34,772 nucleotides of DNA, taken from an uncultured Desulfurococcaceae archaeon (GTDB lineage: Archaea; Thermoproteota; Thermoprotei_A; Sulfolobales; NBVN01). The stretch spans positions 1 through 34,772 of the forward strand of contig CAZAMI010000002.1 in the NCBI GenBank assembly GCA_964486465.1. The letters run 5' to 3'. Every line of letters starts with the position of its first letter. The stretch's first letter is position 1. Below, piece after piece: positions 8,715-17,651 of the stretch. The notes beneath the pieces are model-generated. The model was not told the origin of the DNA and ran no database searches. It saw only the letters and a list, made by a program, of their open reading frames with translations. Made by a program: the position numbers and the translations under genes.

Positions 8715-9360
8715 GACCCACCCCTAAAATTCTTAAAATGCCTCTTAAAACTATAGAGTATCTCAAGACATTATTGATATTGATTATTGATGCATGTCTC
8801 AATAAATCACATGTTACTATTGTCCCGATGGTATAATGGAGCGATACTTAATAACTAATACTAGACCCTATGATGTGGATTCGGAAATATATGACTTCTT
8901 CTACAGGTTAGCCAGCTTGTACGGCTGAAACAATACGGCATAACTCTATGATAGCATACTTTAGGTAATACTCAACTATTACTATATTAATGTAATATCT
9001 TACTGGACTCTCAATAACGTTCTCTTAATGATTCGTGATGAAATGTTTATCACGCGTTAAGATATTGAAACATTGTTATGAGCATGAAAGTCGATACTAG
9101 AACATGAGTTTGATGTGATAATAATGTTGATGTTTAATAAACCTCAAACTATGTAGTTCTTTTAATCCTCCCACTAATGAGTAATGCTCTATTTTCCTCA
9201 TCCACACCTCCGGCACATGTAATGCCTAGATATGGAATGGTAATGGCCTTATTCGGATAGATGAATAATGGGCTTGAATTCACGTTATAACTTAGTAAGC
9301 TCAAAATGTTGTGGTGCGTATATGATTGGTATAACATAATTAGATGGTGAATGTTCAGGA

Positions 9361-9411
9361 GTCCCGACCTACCGCTTCATACACCCGAGTCCTGCTCGGG
9401 CGTCTGCGGCG
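9361..9411. ncRNA. G+C-rich nested hairpin island; candidate small structured RNA, strand and class unknown
   Basis: By hand count about two-thirds G+C over about 51 nt, in an otherwise AT-rich 958-bp gap. There is a perfect stem CCCGAG(9384-9389)/CTCGGG(9395-9400) with a 5-nt loop, enclosed by CCGC(9372-9375)/GCGG(9406-9409) across an asymmetric internal loop. Confidence 0.3.
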
Positions 9412-9672
9412 TTAATTAATTAAATTCAGACCTTATGTGTATTATACTTACTCCTATCATTAGCTTATGGCGGTAACTGCTATTGTTAGTTAACGCTATT
9501 TCTTTTAATACTCCATATATCCTCTAACACTACTTAACGCTATTCATTATCGTTTCCATTAATGATTTAACTTACTATTGAGAAAGTTGGTTACCGTGAG
9601 TTAATGTTGTTGTGAGAGGCGTATTTCCTCTCTGCATCATTGCCTGTAAAGTCACTTCAGTTGGTATTTCTC

Positions 9673-10917
9673 TTACGAAGTTCTTTTTAGTATATGTGAT
9701 AATTTATGACCTCTCCACGTTAGGGTATTGCCTTTCCTTATGTATCTGAGTATTCTTAATATCTTAATGACTTTCAGCACCTTACTAATATTTTTGGTAT
9801 CACTGTATTTTGACTTTAAGTAACTTATGTTAATCTTACTTAAATATAGGTTATTCGCGAAGGCTCTCCATAGTAGTTCCTCCCTACTTAACTTATTAAC
9901 ATACTTTAACATCTTATTATTCATCAATGAGTAACACCACCTCTTTATTGAAGGTATATTCATATGTTCCCTCAATCCTACTAAGCTAAAAGCTCCTGGA
10001 CCAAAACCTATGTATTCACCCTCCATTTCATTGCTAACGGTTTCATATATGTTGGTACTCTTAGACCAAGACCATATCGTACTTATATTATATTCATGAT
10101 CCTCTAATAACTCCTTACCTTTTCTAAGCATTTCAAGTTCCATCGCTAATGATGGTTGCTTAGGTAATCTACCTTCTATAATGTCTTTGTGCATTCTCAA
10201 GTACTTGGCTAATATTAATGGATAGATGGTTACTTGATTCACACCTACATTAATGGCCGTTTTAACATCATTAATGAAGTCATCAATTCTTTGGCCAGGT
10301 ATCGAGAATAGTATATCCACATTAATATGTATGTTGAACTCTCTAACTATGTCATTAAGTATCCTAAGTATTTCACGCGACTTCCCTGCCTCACTCCTCC
10401 TCAACATGTACAAGTATTTATCATTAAATGACTGAACGCCAATACTTATCTTAGATATCCCTAAATCTAGTAGTTTAGATACATAATCTACACTTAAATC
10501 TAAGGGGTTAGCTTCAATACCTATGTCACCCCTAACGTCGAAGTGATTGTTAATTGCTTCAATTACTACTCTAAACTCCTCTGGACTTAAAACACTTGGT
10601 GTACCACCACCAAAGTACACCCATTCAACCCGTACATCACTAAATTCATAAACGATATTCTTAACAATCTCTATCTCGTTAATTAAATACTTAAGCCAGT
10701 CCTTAACAATGGTATCACTATAAATTACCTTATAATAGGGGCAAAATGGACATATAGACTTGCAGAAAGGTACGTGAATATATATCCCTATATCCTTAGA
10801 ACTTACATGGTACATGCTCTTAGCTTCATTGTATTCAATACTTTTAAGAGTAAACTTAACCCTTTTCTTAACCATAGAAACGACCCTATTAGCTATAAAG
10901 CTTTCCACCACACTCAT
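9673..10917 (-). CDS. radical SAM protein, HemN/HemW-like (oxygen-independent coproporphyrinogen III oxidase family)
   Basis: CxxxCxxC cluster motif in IHVPFCKSICPFCPYYK. FGGGTPSVL motif. 414 aa, the typical HemN-like length. Confidence 0.85.
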   Translation of the reverse strand: MSVVESFIANRVVSMVKKRVKFTLKSIEYNEAKSMYHVSSKDIGIYIHVPFCKSICPFCPYYKVIYSDTIVKDWLKYLINEIEIVKNIVYEFSDVRVEWVYFGGGTPSVLSPEEFRVVIEAINNHFDVRGDIGIEANPLDLSVDYVSKLLDLGISKISIGVQSFNDKYLYMLRRSEAGKSREILRILNDIVREFNIHINVDILFSIPGQRIDDFINDVKTAINVGVNQVTIYPLILAKYLRMHKDIIEGRLPKQPSLAMELEMLRKGKELLEDHEYNISTIWSWSKSTNIYETVSNEMEGEYIGFGPGAFSLVGLREHMNIPSIKRWCYSLMNNKMLKYVNKLSREELLWRAFANNLYLSKINISYLKSKYSDTKNISKVLKVIKILRILRYIRKGNTLTWRGHKLSHILKRTS

Positions 10918-11031
10918 TCTAGGTGCACCAAGTTAGAGGTATGTGTGCACTTATATCAATTTTCCAAGCATTAATCTTGGGATCTTGAAGTAAATTAAAT
11001 TGCTGTTAGAGGATAGGCAGAGTGGTGTAAT

Positions 11032-11107
11032 AGTACTTTACGGTGTAGTGATGAGAGGGTAGGTTGCTGAGTAGTGATGTGAGATCCCATTGCTGAGTTA
11101 AGGTACT
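11032..11107 (+). ncRNA. C/D box sRNA (2'-O-methylation guide), dual guide
   Basis: C box GTGATGA 11048-11054; 12-nt guide 11055-11066; D' CTGA 11067-11070; 3-nt linker; C' GTGATGT 11074-11080; 12-nt guide 11081-11092; D CTGA 11093-11096. The flanks 11032-11040 and 11099-11107 can form 9 bp. Confidence 0.7.
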
Positions 11108-11150
11108 GTTAATTTATTTATGTGGTTCACTCTATGTTTTAGGGATTAAG

Positions 11151-11687
11151 ATGGTATGGAGTGATGTAGTTAGGGCTCTCTTTCCAGGTAGGTTTCAGCC
11201 TATTCACTTAGGTCATGTTAACGTCATTAAGTGGGCTTTAGAGAGGATTGATGAATTAATAATAGCTATAGGTACTGCTCAGGAGTCTCATACGATAGTT
11301 AACCCATTCACAGCTGGTGAGAGGGTTGTTATGGTTAGATTAGCTCTTGAGGAAGCAGGAATCGACTTAAGGAGAGTATACATAATACCAATACCGGACA
11401 TACTCATGAACTATGTATGGCCCCATTACGTGCAAATGTATGTCCCTAAGTTTAAGTATGGCGTAGCTAGAAACCCACTAGTTATCAGATTATTCAAGGA
11501 GGCAGGTTTTGAAGTCCTCATACCGCCACCATATGATAGAGCTAAGTATTCATCAACGAGAATTAGAAAGTTAATACTCTCTGGTAGTGATGAGTGGAGG
11601 GAGTTAGTGCCTAAATCTGTAGCTAAATTTATAGATGAGATAGGGGCTACTCAAAGATTAAGAGAGGTTACGGGAGTGGATAAATGA
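11151..11687 (+). CDS. nicotinamide-nucleotide adenylyltransferase (archaeal NMNAT)
   Basis: [22 protein letters not shown] (the (H/T)xGH cytidylyltransferase motif) and a C-terminal SSTRIR motif. 178 aa. A TATA-like TTAATTTATTTA lies about 30 nt upstream. Confidence 0.9.
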   Translation: MVWSDVVRALFPGRFQPIHLGHVNVIKWALERIDELIIAIGTAQESHTIVNPFTAGERVVMVRLALEEAGIDLRRVYIIPIPDILMNYVWPHYVQMYVPKFKYGVARNPLVIRLFKEAGFEVLIPPPYDRAKYSSTRIRKLILSGSDEWRELVPKSVAKFIDEIGATQRLREVTGVDK

Positions 11688-12751
11688 CCTTAATAATTGA
11701 CGGATCGTTTGGTGAGGGAGGAGGTCAAATACTAAGAACCTCAATAGCACTCTCATGCATTACTGGCAAGGAGATTAAGGTAGTTAATATTAGAGCTAAG
11801 AGACCTGAACCAGGACTTAAGAGGCAGCATATGACAGCTATACAGGCAGCAGCAACTATATGTAGGGCTGAAGTATCAGGACTCAAACTAGGTTCAACAA
11901 CTATAACCTTCAAACCTGGTGATATAAAACACGGTAGCTACAGATTTGATATAGGCACTGCAGGCTCAATAACATTGGTACTTCAAACATTGCTCCCTAT
12001 AATGGCTTATTCTAAAGCGCCAATAACGGTTGAGATTAGAGGAGGTACTGACGTACCTTGGTCACCACCAATAGATTACGTAAGGAACGTCATAAGATAT
12101 CACTTAAGGCTTCTCGGCTATGAATTCAATATAGAACTAATCCGTAGAGGTCATTATCCAAGAGGTGGCGGATTAGTTAAAGTGCATGTTAGTAATCCGC
12201 CTAGAGGCCTCAATAGCATTGAACTCATTGAGAGAGGCAGGTTGAGAGAGATTAAGGGTAGATCCCATTGTGTTAGATTACCCAAACACGTAGCTGAGAG
12301 ACAAGCAAGAGCTGCAGAGTCACTACTTAAAAGAGAAGGTATTAAGGCACCCATAAGTATAGATCTTGAGTGGTACGAGCAAGGTAAGGATCCGCACTTA
12401 GGTCCCGGTTCAGGTATTGTATTATGGGCTATCTATGACAAGACTGTAATAGGCGGTGATGCGTTAGGTGCTAGAGGTAAGAGAGCTGAAATCGTTGGTG
12501 AGGAGGCAGCCACTAAATTACTTAAGGCTATGAGGTCAGGTATGGCTTTGGATAAACACATGAGTGATAACATAATACCGTACATAGCGTTAGCTAGGGG
12601 AACTTCAATAATTACTGGTGAGGAGTTAAGTATGCATGCATATACAAATACCTGGCTGGTTAAGCAAATATTAGGTGTTGATGCCGAACTTAAAGGTGAG
12701 TTGGGTAAGCCTTTTAAGTTAAGGATCAAAGGCGCAGGCATTGAATTCTAG
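11684..12751 (+). CDS. rtcA: RNA 3'-terminal phosphate cyclase
   Basis: [20 protein letters not shown]-terminus and the conserved His region ([13 protein letters not shown]). 355 aa. The ATGA overlap with the NMNAT stop suggests translational coupling. Confidence 0.9.
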   Translation: MTLIIDGSFGEGGGQILRTSIALSCITGKEIKVVNIRAKRPEPGLKRQHMTAIQAAATICRAEVSGLKLGSTTITFKPGDIKHGSYRFDIGTAGSITLVLQTLLPIMAYSKAPITVEIRGGTDVPWSPPIDYVRNVIRYHLRLLGYEFNIELIRRGHYPRGGGLVKVHVSNPPRGLNSIELIERGRLREIKGRSHCVRLPKHVAERQARAAESLLKREGIKAPISIDLEWYEQGKDPHLGPGSGIVLWAIYDKTVIGGDALGARGKRAEIVGEEAATKLLKAMRSGMALDKHMSDNIIPYIALARGTSIITGEELSMHAYTNTWLVKQILGVDAELKGELGKPFKLRIKGAGIEF

Positions 12752-12803
12752 AATTACAAACTTAAAAACCTAATCATCACATAATCCAGGGTGTAGGGTT
12801 AAG

Positions 12804-13544
12804 GTGCCACTAAGTAGTGGTGATATAATACTAGTTGACTACTCTATCTTCGTTAAGGGTACTGGAGAGCTTGTTGAAACAACATCTGAAGCTGTAGCTA
12901 AGCTTCACAGAAAGTATAGAGAAGGTGAAGTTTACGAACCAGAAGTAGTAATTTTAGGTGAGGGTAGACTTGTCAAGGGATTTGAAGAAGCATTAATGAA
13001 GGCGGAAATAGGTAAGGAATACGAAATTGAGGTACCTCCTGAGAAGGCTTATGGTGAGAGAGATAGTAGTAAGATTAAGACGTATTCAAGAAGGTTATTC
13101 TTGAAGAGTAACATAATACCTGAAATAGGTAAGGAGGTAAGAATTAATGATCAAGTAGGTAGAATAATAGCTGTTGAGTCAGGTAGGGTTGTTGTTGATT
13201 TTAATCACCCACTCGCTGGTAAGACCTTAATAATTAAGTTTAAGGTATTGAAGAAAATTGATGATGTATCTGAGAAGATTAAGTACCTACTTAAGAGAAG
13301 GTTAAAGCAGCTTGACGTAAGTAAGGTTAAAGTTGAAATTAAGGAGGGTAAGGTCCTTATTGAGTTACCCAAAGAATTTAGACTTGCTGATGGTATACAG
13401 TTGATTAAGTTGTTAGCTTCAAGGGATATAATTAAGTGGGTTAAGGATATTAGTGAAGTTTCGTTTGTAGATAGATTTAGTAAATCCGAGTTTGAAGGTG
13501 GTAGTAGTGAGCAGTCAGGAGGGGAAGAGACAACCCGAGGTTAA
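12804..13544 (+). CDS. FKBP-type peptidyl-prolyl cis-trans isomerase (long archaeal type)
   Basis: GTG start. Motifs are GDIILVDYS..., [40 protein letters not shown] and [18 protein letters not shown]. It has an extra C-terminal domain. Confidence 0.85.
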   Translation: MPLSSGDIILVDYSIFVKGTGELVETTSEAVAKLHRKYREGEVYEPEVVILGEGRLVKGFEEALMKAEIGKEYEIEVPPEKAYGERDSSKIKTYSRRLFLKSNIIPEIGKEVRINDQVGRIIAVESGRVVVDFNHPLAGKTLIIKFKVLKKIDDVSEKIKYLLKRRLKQLDVSKVKVEIKEGKVLIELPKEFRLADGIQLIKLLASRDIIKWVKDISEVSFVDRFSKSEFEGGSSEQSGGEETTRG

Positions 13545-14751
13545 TATTGGTGTTGTAGGGCATGTAGATCACGGTAAGACAACATTAGTACAGGCTCTAA
13601 CTGGTATTTGGACAGCTAAGCACTCGGAGGAGCTTAAGAGGGCTATGACTATAAAGCTAGGCTACGCTGATGGCGATATTTACGAATGTGAAGAACTACC
13701 AATCCCGGATAGGTTTAAGACTGAACCTAACTGTGAGAAGCCTATCTATAGACGTAGTGTATCATACGTTGATGCGCCTGGTCATGAAGTACTCATGGCG
13801 ACTATGTTATCAGGTGCTGCCTTAATGGATGGTGCAATATTGGTTATTGCTGCTAATGAACCATGCCCACAACCACAAACTAGAGAGCATTTTGCAGCGC
13901 TTGAAATTGTTGGAGTAAAGCACTTAGTCGTTGTTCAAAACAAAGTTGATGTTGTTACTAAAGAACAGGCATTAAAGAACTACGAACAGATAAAGAAATT
14001 CCTTGAAGGTACATGGGCTGAAAACGCGCCAATAATACCTGTTAGTGCCTTACATAAAGTTAACATTGATGCCTTAGTTATGGCCATAGAAAGATATATA
14101 CCAACACCTGAAAGAAATCTATCAGCTAATCCATTAATGTTTGTAGTGCGTTCATTTGATGTTAATAAGCCCGGAACAACGCCTAGCGAGCTCGTTGGAG
14201 GCGTTGTTGGTGGGTCACTACTTAGGGGTGTTTTAAGAATAGGTGATGAAATAGAGATTAAGCCGGGTATTAAGGTCATTAAAGGGAAAACTGGTGAGAC
14301 TTATGAGCCTCTAACATCAGAAATTACTAGTATAAGGTTTGGCACCAGGGAATTCAAGGAAGCTAGGCCGGGTGGATTAGTAGCCATAGGTACAAAGCTT
14401 GATCCAGCATTAACTAAAGCTGATAAACTCGTGGGCAACGTACTCGGTAAAGCCGGTACGTTACCTGATCCATCCTATGAATTAACTATTGAGTATAAAC
14501 TTATGGAGAGAGTCATAGGTACTAAAGAGCTTCTTAAGGTTAGGCCATTAATGAGGGGGGAGAGGATCATGATTACAGCGGGTTCAGCAGTATCTTTAGG
14601 CCTGATTACTAAGTTAAGTAAGGACGTTCTTGAAGTCAAGTTAAGGAAGCCTGTAGTTGTTTGGGAGGGTATGAGAGTAGCAATAAGTAGGCAAGTACTT
14701 GGTAGATGGAGACTTGTTGGTTGGGGAGTAATAAAAGGTTTCTCGGAGTAG
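13492..14751 (+). CDS. eif2g: translation initiation factor aIF2 gamma subunit
   Basis: [19 protein letters not shown] (G1), DAPGH (G3), NKVD (G4) and SAL (G5), with strong overall similarity to known aIF2gamma. The true start is probably GTG 13507 rather than TTG 13492. Confidence 0.95.
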   Translation: MKVVVVSSQEGKRQPEVNIGVVGHVDHGKTTLVQALTGIWTAKHSEELKRAMTIKLGYADGDIYECEELPIPDRFKTEPNCEKPIYRRSVSYVDAPGHEVLMATMLSGAALMDGAILVIAANEPCPQPQTREHFAALEIVGVKHLVVVQNKVDVVTKEQALKNYEQIKKFLEGTWAENAPIIPVSALHKVNIDALVMAIERYIPTPERNLSANPLMFVVRSFDVNKPGTTPSELVGGVVGGSLLRGVLRIGDEIEIKPGIKVIKGKTGETYEPLTSEITSIRFGTREFKEARPGGLVAIGTKLDPALTKADKLVGNVLGKAGTLPDPSYELTIEYKLMERVIGTKELLKVRPLMRGERIMITAGSAVSLGLITKLSKDVLEVKLRKPVVVWEGMRVAISRQVLGRWRLVGWGVIKGFSE

Positions 14752-14753
14752 TC

Positions 14754-15152
14754 ATGTTAAGTAAATGTAAAGTACTCTTAGACACTAGTGTGGTACTCTT
14801 AGTCTATGATGGTATAGACCCTATAGAGCTCATAGATGATGTTTTAAATATGAAATGTGACTACTTCATACCTGACATCGTGATTGATGAGTTAATTAGG
14901 TTAGCATCAAGGGATATAGGAATAAGAAGTAGAGCAGCAAGACTTGCACTACAATATTTAAGAGATAGAGTTAAGATTATACACACTACGAGGAGGTATG
15001 AAACAGCTGATGAATTCTTTAAGGAGTATGCTACAAATAATCCGTCAATAATTATCGTAACTAATGATGATGAATTAAAGAAGGAGCTCAAAAGTAAGGG
15101 TATTAAAGTACTTACTTGGTGGCTTAGTAAGAGAAAGTTCGTCGAAGTTTAA
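14754..15152 (+). CDS. PIN-domain protein (Fcf1/Utp24-like, conserved neighbour of aIF2gamma)
   Basis: Starts at the ATG directly after the aIF2gamma stop (MLSKCKVLLDTSVV...). Acidic PIN residues are present (LDTS, DELIRLA, VTNDDELK). The ORF-track start at 14706 lies inside eif2g. Confidence 0.75.
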   Translation: MLSKCKVLLDTSVVLLVYDGIDPIELIDDVLNMKCDYFIPDIVIDELIRLASRDIGIRSRAARLALQYLRDRVKIIHTTRRYETADEFFKEYATNNPSIIIVTNDDELKKELKSKGIKVLTWWLSKRKFVEV

Positions 15153-15288
15153 TGAATTAATGATTAAGGATTCATAATTAAGTTAGAAGTTAATGATGTA
15201 GCAATGCTTATGTAGGCCATAATGCTTAAATTTACGTTAATTCCTTAATCTAGGGAAGGTTAAGCATAGTTAGACCAGGTGTTTAGGA

Positions 15289-15813
15289 ATGTTTCGGATA
15301 GTCGAGATAGAGGATGTAGTTAGAGTATCACCTGATAAGTTTGGTGAGGACTTACGTAAGATAGCATATGACTGGCTAAGGAGTAAATATGTTGGTAGGG
15401 TTGATCCAATTATAGGCCTCGTCATAGCTATAGCTGATGTTGAAGTCGATCCTGAAGGAATAATAATTCCAGGTGATGGAGCTACATATCATAGTACTAA
15501 AGCTAAGATTATAACATTTTACCCAATAACTAATGAAGTTGTTGAGGGTGAAGTAGTTGATGTCAAAAGGATAGGTATATTCATCAATATAGGTCCAATA
15601 GATGCTTTCGTACATATATCTCAAATAGCTGATGATAAAATGGTGTATGATGAGGTTAGAGGAACATTAACAGGTGAGGAGACAAAAATAACAATAAGTA
15701 AGGGCGATGTGGTTAGAGGTAGGATAGTTAACGCAGCACTTGCACCACCAGCATCGATAAGGGTAGGTATGACCTTAAGACAACCAACTCTAGGTAAGGT
15801 ATCAGCTAAATAA
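15289..15813 (+). CDS. rpoE1: DNA-directed RNA polymerase subunit E' (Rpo7)
   Basis: Shows the typical Rpo7 N-domain plus S1 domain: MFRIVEIEDVVRVSPDKFG...GEVVDVKRIGIFINIGPIDAFVHISQI. Confidence 0.9.
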   Translation: MFRIVEIEDVVRVSPDKFGEDLRKIAYDWLRSKYVGRVDPIIGLVIAIADVEVDPEGIIIPGDGATYHSTKAKIITFYPITNEVVEGEVVDVKRIGIFINIGPIDAFVHISQIADDKMVYDEVRGTLTGEETKITISKGDVVRGRIVNAALAPPASIRVGMTLRQPTLGKVSAK

Positions 15814-15858
15814 TTTAATCTCTTAAATTAATTATAATAATTAGAGAAGGTAATTAAA

Positions 15859-16077
15859 ATGCCTGTTAGGAGAACAAGGTTAAAGCCATTTAAAGCGTGT
15901 ACTAAGTGTAAGTATTTAGTACCTCATGAGGTAGGTAAGTGCCCTATCTGCGGTTCTGAAAGCTTTACTGATGAGTGGTCAGGTATGGTGATAATAATTG
16001 ATGTAGATAAATCAGAGATTGCTAAGATGCTTAATATAAAAGTACCTGGTAGGTATGCTATAAAGCTAGGCGTCTAA
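15859..16077 (+). CDS. spt4: transcription elongation factor Spt4 (RpoE'')
   Basis: 72 aa with zinc ribbon CTKCKYL...CPICGS followed by FTDEWSGMVIIID. Lies directly after rpoE'. Confidence 0.85.
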   Translation: MPVRRTRLKPFKACTKCKYLVPHEVGKCPICGSESFTDEWSGMVIIIDVDKSEIAKMLNIKVPGRYAIKLGV

Positions 16078-16124
16078 CCTAATATTTAAAACGGGTTAAC
16101 GATAAGCTGTGAGAGGGGAGGGAT

Positions 16125-16463
16125 TTGAGTGAATTAGAGGTTACTAAGGTTAAGGCATTAAGAAGCACCACATTATCTAACGGTGCTCCATTACATATCA
16201 TTAAGGAGAGGGACAACAAATTAATACAGAGGTTAGAGGTTGAAGGTATTGTCATACATATAGATAAAGGGACACCAGCAAGAAGTGATATAGTTAAGGC
16301 TCTCTCCAAGCTTTACAATAAGAATGAGGGGTTGATAGTAGTTAAATTCATACTAAGTGAGTATGGGGTTGGCATTTCTAAGGTTAAGGCACATATATAT
16401 GATTCAATGGAGAGATTGAAATCATTTGAACCTGAGTATATACTGAAAAGGCACGGTAGGTGA
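16125..16463 (+). CDS. rps24e: 30S ribosomal protein S24e
   Basis: TTG start preceded by GAGGGGAGG. The core ERDNKLIQRLEVEGIVIH..GTPARSDIVKALSKLYN...IVVKFILSEYGVGISKVKAHIYDS matches S24e. It has about a 20-aa N-terminal extension. Confidence 0.8.
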   Translation: MSELEVTKVKALRSTTLSNGAPLHIIKERDNKLIQRLEVEGIVIHIDKGTPARSDIVKALSKLYNKNEGLIVVKFILSEYGVGISKVKAHIYDSMERLKSFEPEYILKRHGR

Positions 16464-16468
16464 TATTG

Positions 16469-16639
16469 ATGGCTGAAAGGCATAAACTCTATGAGTTTGA
16501 CTATAAGACAGGGAAAATAAGGTTAAAGAATAAGATATGCCCTAAGTGTGGTAGGGTTATGGCATTTCATAAATATCCTGTACCTAGATGGCATTGTGGA
16601 TACTGCAGTTATGTAGAATATGTTAAAAAAGGTGCGTGA
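16469..16639 (+). CDS. rps27ae: 30S ribosomal protein S27ae
   Basis: Not in the ORF track (56 aa). Hand translation gives MAERHKLYEFDYKTGKIRLKNKICPKCGRVMAFHKYPVPRWHCGYCSYVEYVKKGA with a CxxC...CxxC zinc ribbon. It fills the S24e-Kae1 gap exactly. Confidence 0.85.
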   Translation: MAERHKLYEFDYKTGKIRLKNKICPKCGRVMAFHKYPVPRWHCGYCSYVEYVKKGA

Positions 16640-16646
16640 GATCTAA

Positions 16647-17651
16647 ATGGTGATAATTTTAGGCATTGAGTCAACAGCACACACTTTCGGTGTTGGTATA
16701 GTTAAGGATGAAGCTCCATACATCGTAGCAGATGTTAGGGAAAATTATGTACCTGAGAAGGGAGGTATACATCCTCGTGAAGCTGCTTTATTCTTTATGG
16801 ACAAGGCTCCTCACGCCATAGTTAAGGCACTTAATAATTCTTCATTAAGTATGGAGTCTATAAATGCGATAGCAGTAGCTCTGGGACCGGGCTTAGGTCC
16901 CTGCCTTAGAGTTGGAGCAACTATTGCTAGAGCGTTAGCTACGTACTTCAATAAGCCGTTAGTACCTGTAAATCATGCTGTAGCGCACATAGAAGTAGGT
17001 AAGTTAATTACTAATGCTAAGGATCCCTTGGTAGTGTATTTATCAGGAGGTAATACGTTAATTGCTGCCCTAATTAGTGGAAGGTATAGAATCTTCGGTG
17101 AAACACTTGACATAGCACTAGGTAATTTTATGGATACATTCGTTAGGGAGGTAGGCTTAGCTCCACCATATATTGTTAACGGTATTCACCAACTTGATAG
17201 GTGTGCTGAAAAAGGTAAAAGAATTCTTAACTTACCATATGTTGTTAAGGGTCAAGATGTATCTTTCTCAGGGCTATTGACAGCAGCATTAAGAATGTAT
17301 AGGGAAGGCAAAGCAGATCTTGAAGACATATGCTACACTGTAAGAGAGATTGCTTACTCAGCAATAGTTGAGGTTACTGAGAGAGGTTTAGCGCATACAG
17401 GGAAAAATGAGGTATTAGTTGTTGGTGGTGTTGCGGCCAGTAAGTATTTGAGGGAGAAGTTTGAGCTTATGACTAAGTCAAGAAACTGTGAATTATACGT
17501 GGTTCCACCCAAATATGCAGTAGATAATGGTGTCATGATCGCCTGGACAGGACTGCTAAACTTTAAGCACGGTATTGTAGTAAAGCCTGAAGAAGCTTAT
17601 GTCAGGCAGAGGTGGAGACTTGATCAAGTCGATATACCCTGGTCTAGATAG
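16647..17651 (+). CDS. kae1: tRNA N6-adenosine threonylcarbamoyltransferase Kae1 (KEOPS catalytic subunit)
   Basis: [17 protein letters not shown]-terminus, metal-binding [17 protein letters not shown], and C-terminal VDNGVMIAW. Confidence 0.95.
   Translation: MVIILGIESTAHTFGVGIVKDEAPYIVADVRENYVPEKGGIHPREAALFFMDKAPHAIVKALNNSSLSMESINAIAVALGPGLGPCLRVGATIARALATYFNKPLVPVNHAVAHIEVGKLITNAKDPLVVYLSGGNTLIAALISGRYRIFGETLDIALGNFMDTFVREVGLAPPYIVNGIHQLDRCAEKGKRILNLPYVVKGQDVSFSGLLTAALRMYREGKADLEDICYTVREIAYSAIVEVTERGLAHTGKNEVLVVGGVAASKYLREKFELMTKSRNCELYVVPPKYAVDNGVMIAWTGLLNFKHGIVVKPEEAYVRQRWRLDQVDIPWSR

Noticed and set aside
8870-8928. ATGATGT ... CTGA pair 59 nt apart, considered as a C/D box sRNA
   Set aside because: The overall length is right, but there is no acceptable D' at the 12-nt position (ATAT). 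There is also no UGAUGA-like C' 12 nt upstream of the D box. It fails the internal-box and spacing test that the two accepted sRNAs pass.
9034-9054. GTGATGA C-box-like string inside the inverted repeat CGTGAT-N9-ATCACG
   Set aside because: No CTGA occurs within the next 70 nt on that strand, so it is not a C/D sRNA. The 6-bp hairpin alone is weak in AT-rich DNA. It is kept only as a note within the long-gap finding.
9149-9337. 62-aa ORF in the long intergenic gap
   Set aside because: No recognisable motif, odd composition, no plausible upstream signals, and it is surrounded by stops in all frames. It is more likely a chance ORF or a relic than a gene.
9361-9411. Interpretation of the G+C island as a tRNA, a split-tRNA half, an H/ACA sRNA or an RNase P RNA fragment
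   Set aside because: The 7-nt loop reading does not match a T-loop. The D-arm-like reading has no anticodon arm after it. No ACA box follows the basal stem at the required distance. The nearby GAGGAAAT string (about 9620, minus strand) is itself part of a local GAGAGG/CCTCTC hairpin rather than a P4-like context. The island is retained only as an unclassified candidate.
8715-9672. Replication origin or integrated mobile element in the long gap
   Set aside because: I could not find ORB-like dyads (TCCAGTGGA-type), an adjacent orc1/cdc6 or whiP gene, an integrase or transposase remnant, or flanking tRNA-derived att repeats.
10923-10950. GTGCAC-N16-GTGCAC just upstream of the radical-SAM start
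   Set aside because: GTGCAC is self-complementary, so two copies automatically look like both a direct and an inverted repeat. Two 6-mers are within chance expectation, and I have no supporting evidence for an operator.
14754-15152. PIN-domain gene considered as a VapC toxin of a toxin-antitoxin module
   Set aside because: There is no small upstream antitoxin ORF, because the gene starts immediately after the aIF2gamma stop. It sits in the widely conserved aIF2gamma-PIN-Rpo7-Spt4-S24e-S27ae arrangement. This points to a housekeeping Fcf1/Utp24-like ribosome-biogenesis nuclease rather than a defence or TA element.
15434-15500. CTGATGT - 11 nt - CTGA followed by GTGATGG inside the rpoE' coding region
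   Set aside because: The boxes are degenerate, the spacing is off by one, no terminal D box follows the second guide, and the region is fully explained by a conserved CDS.
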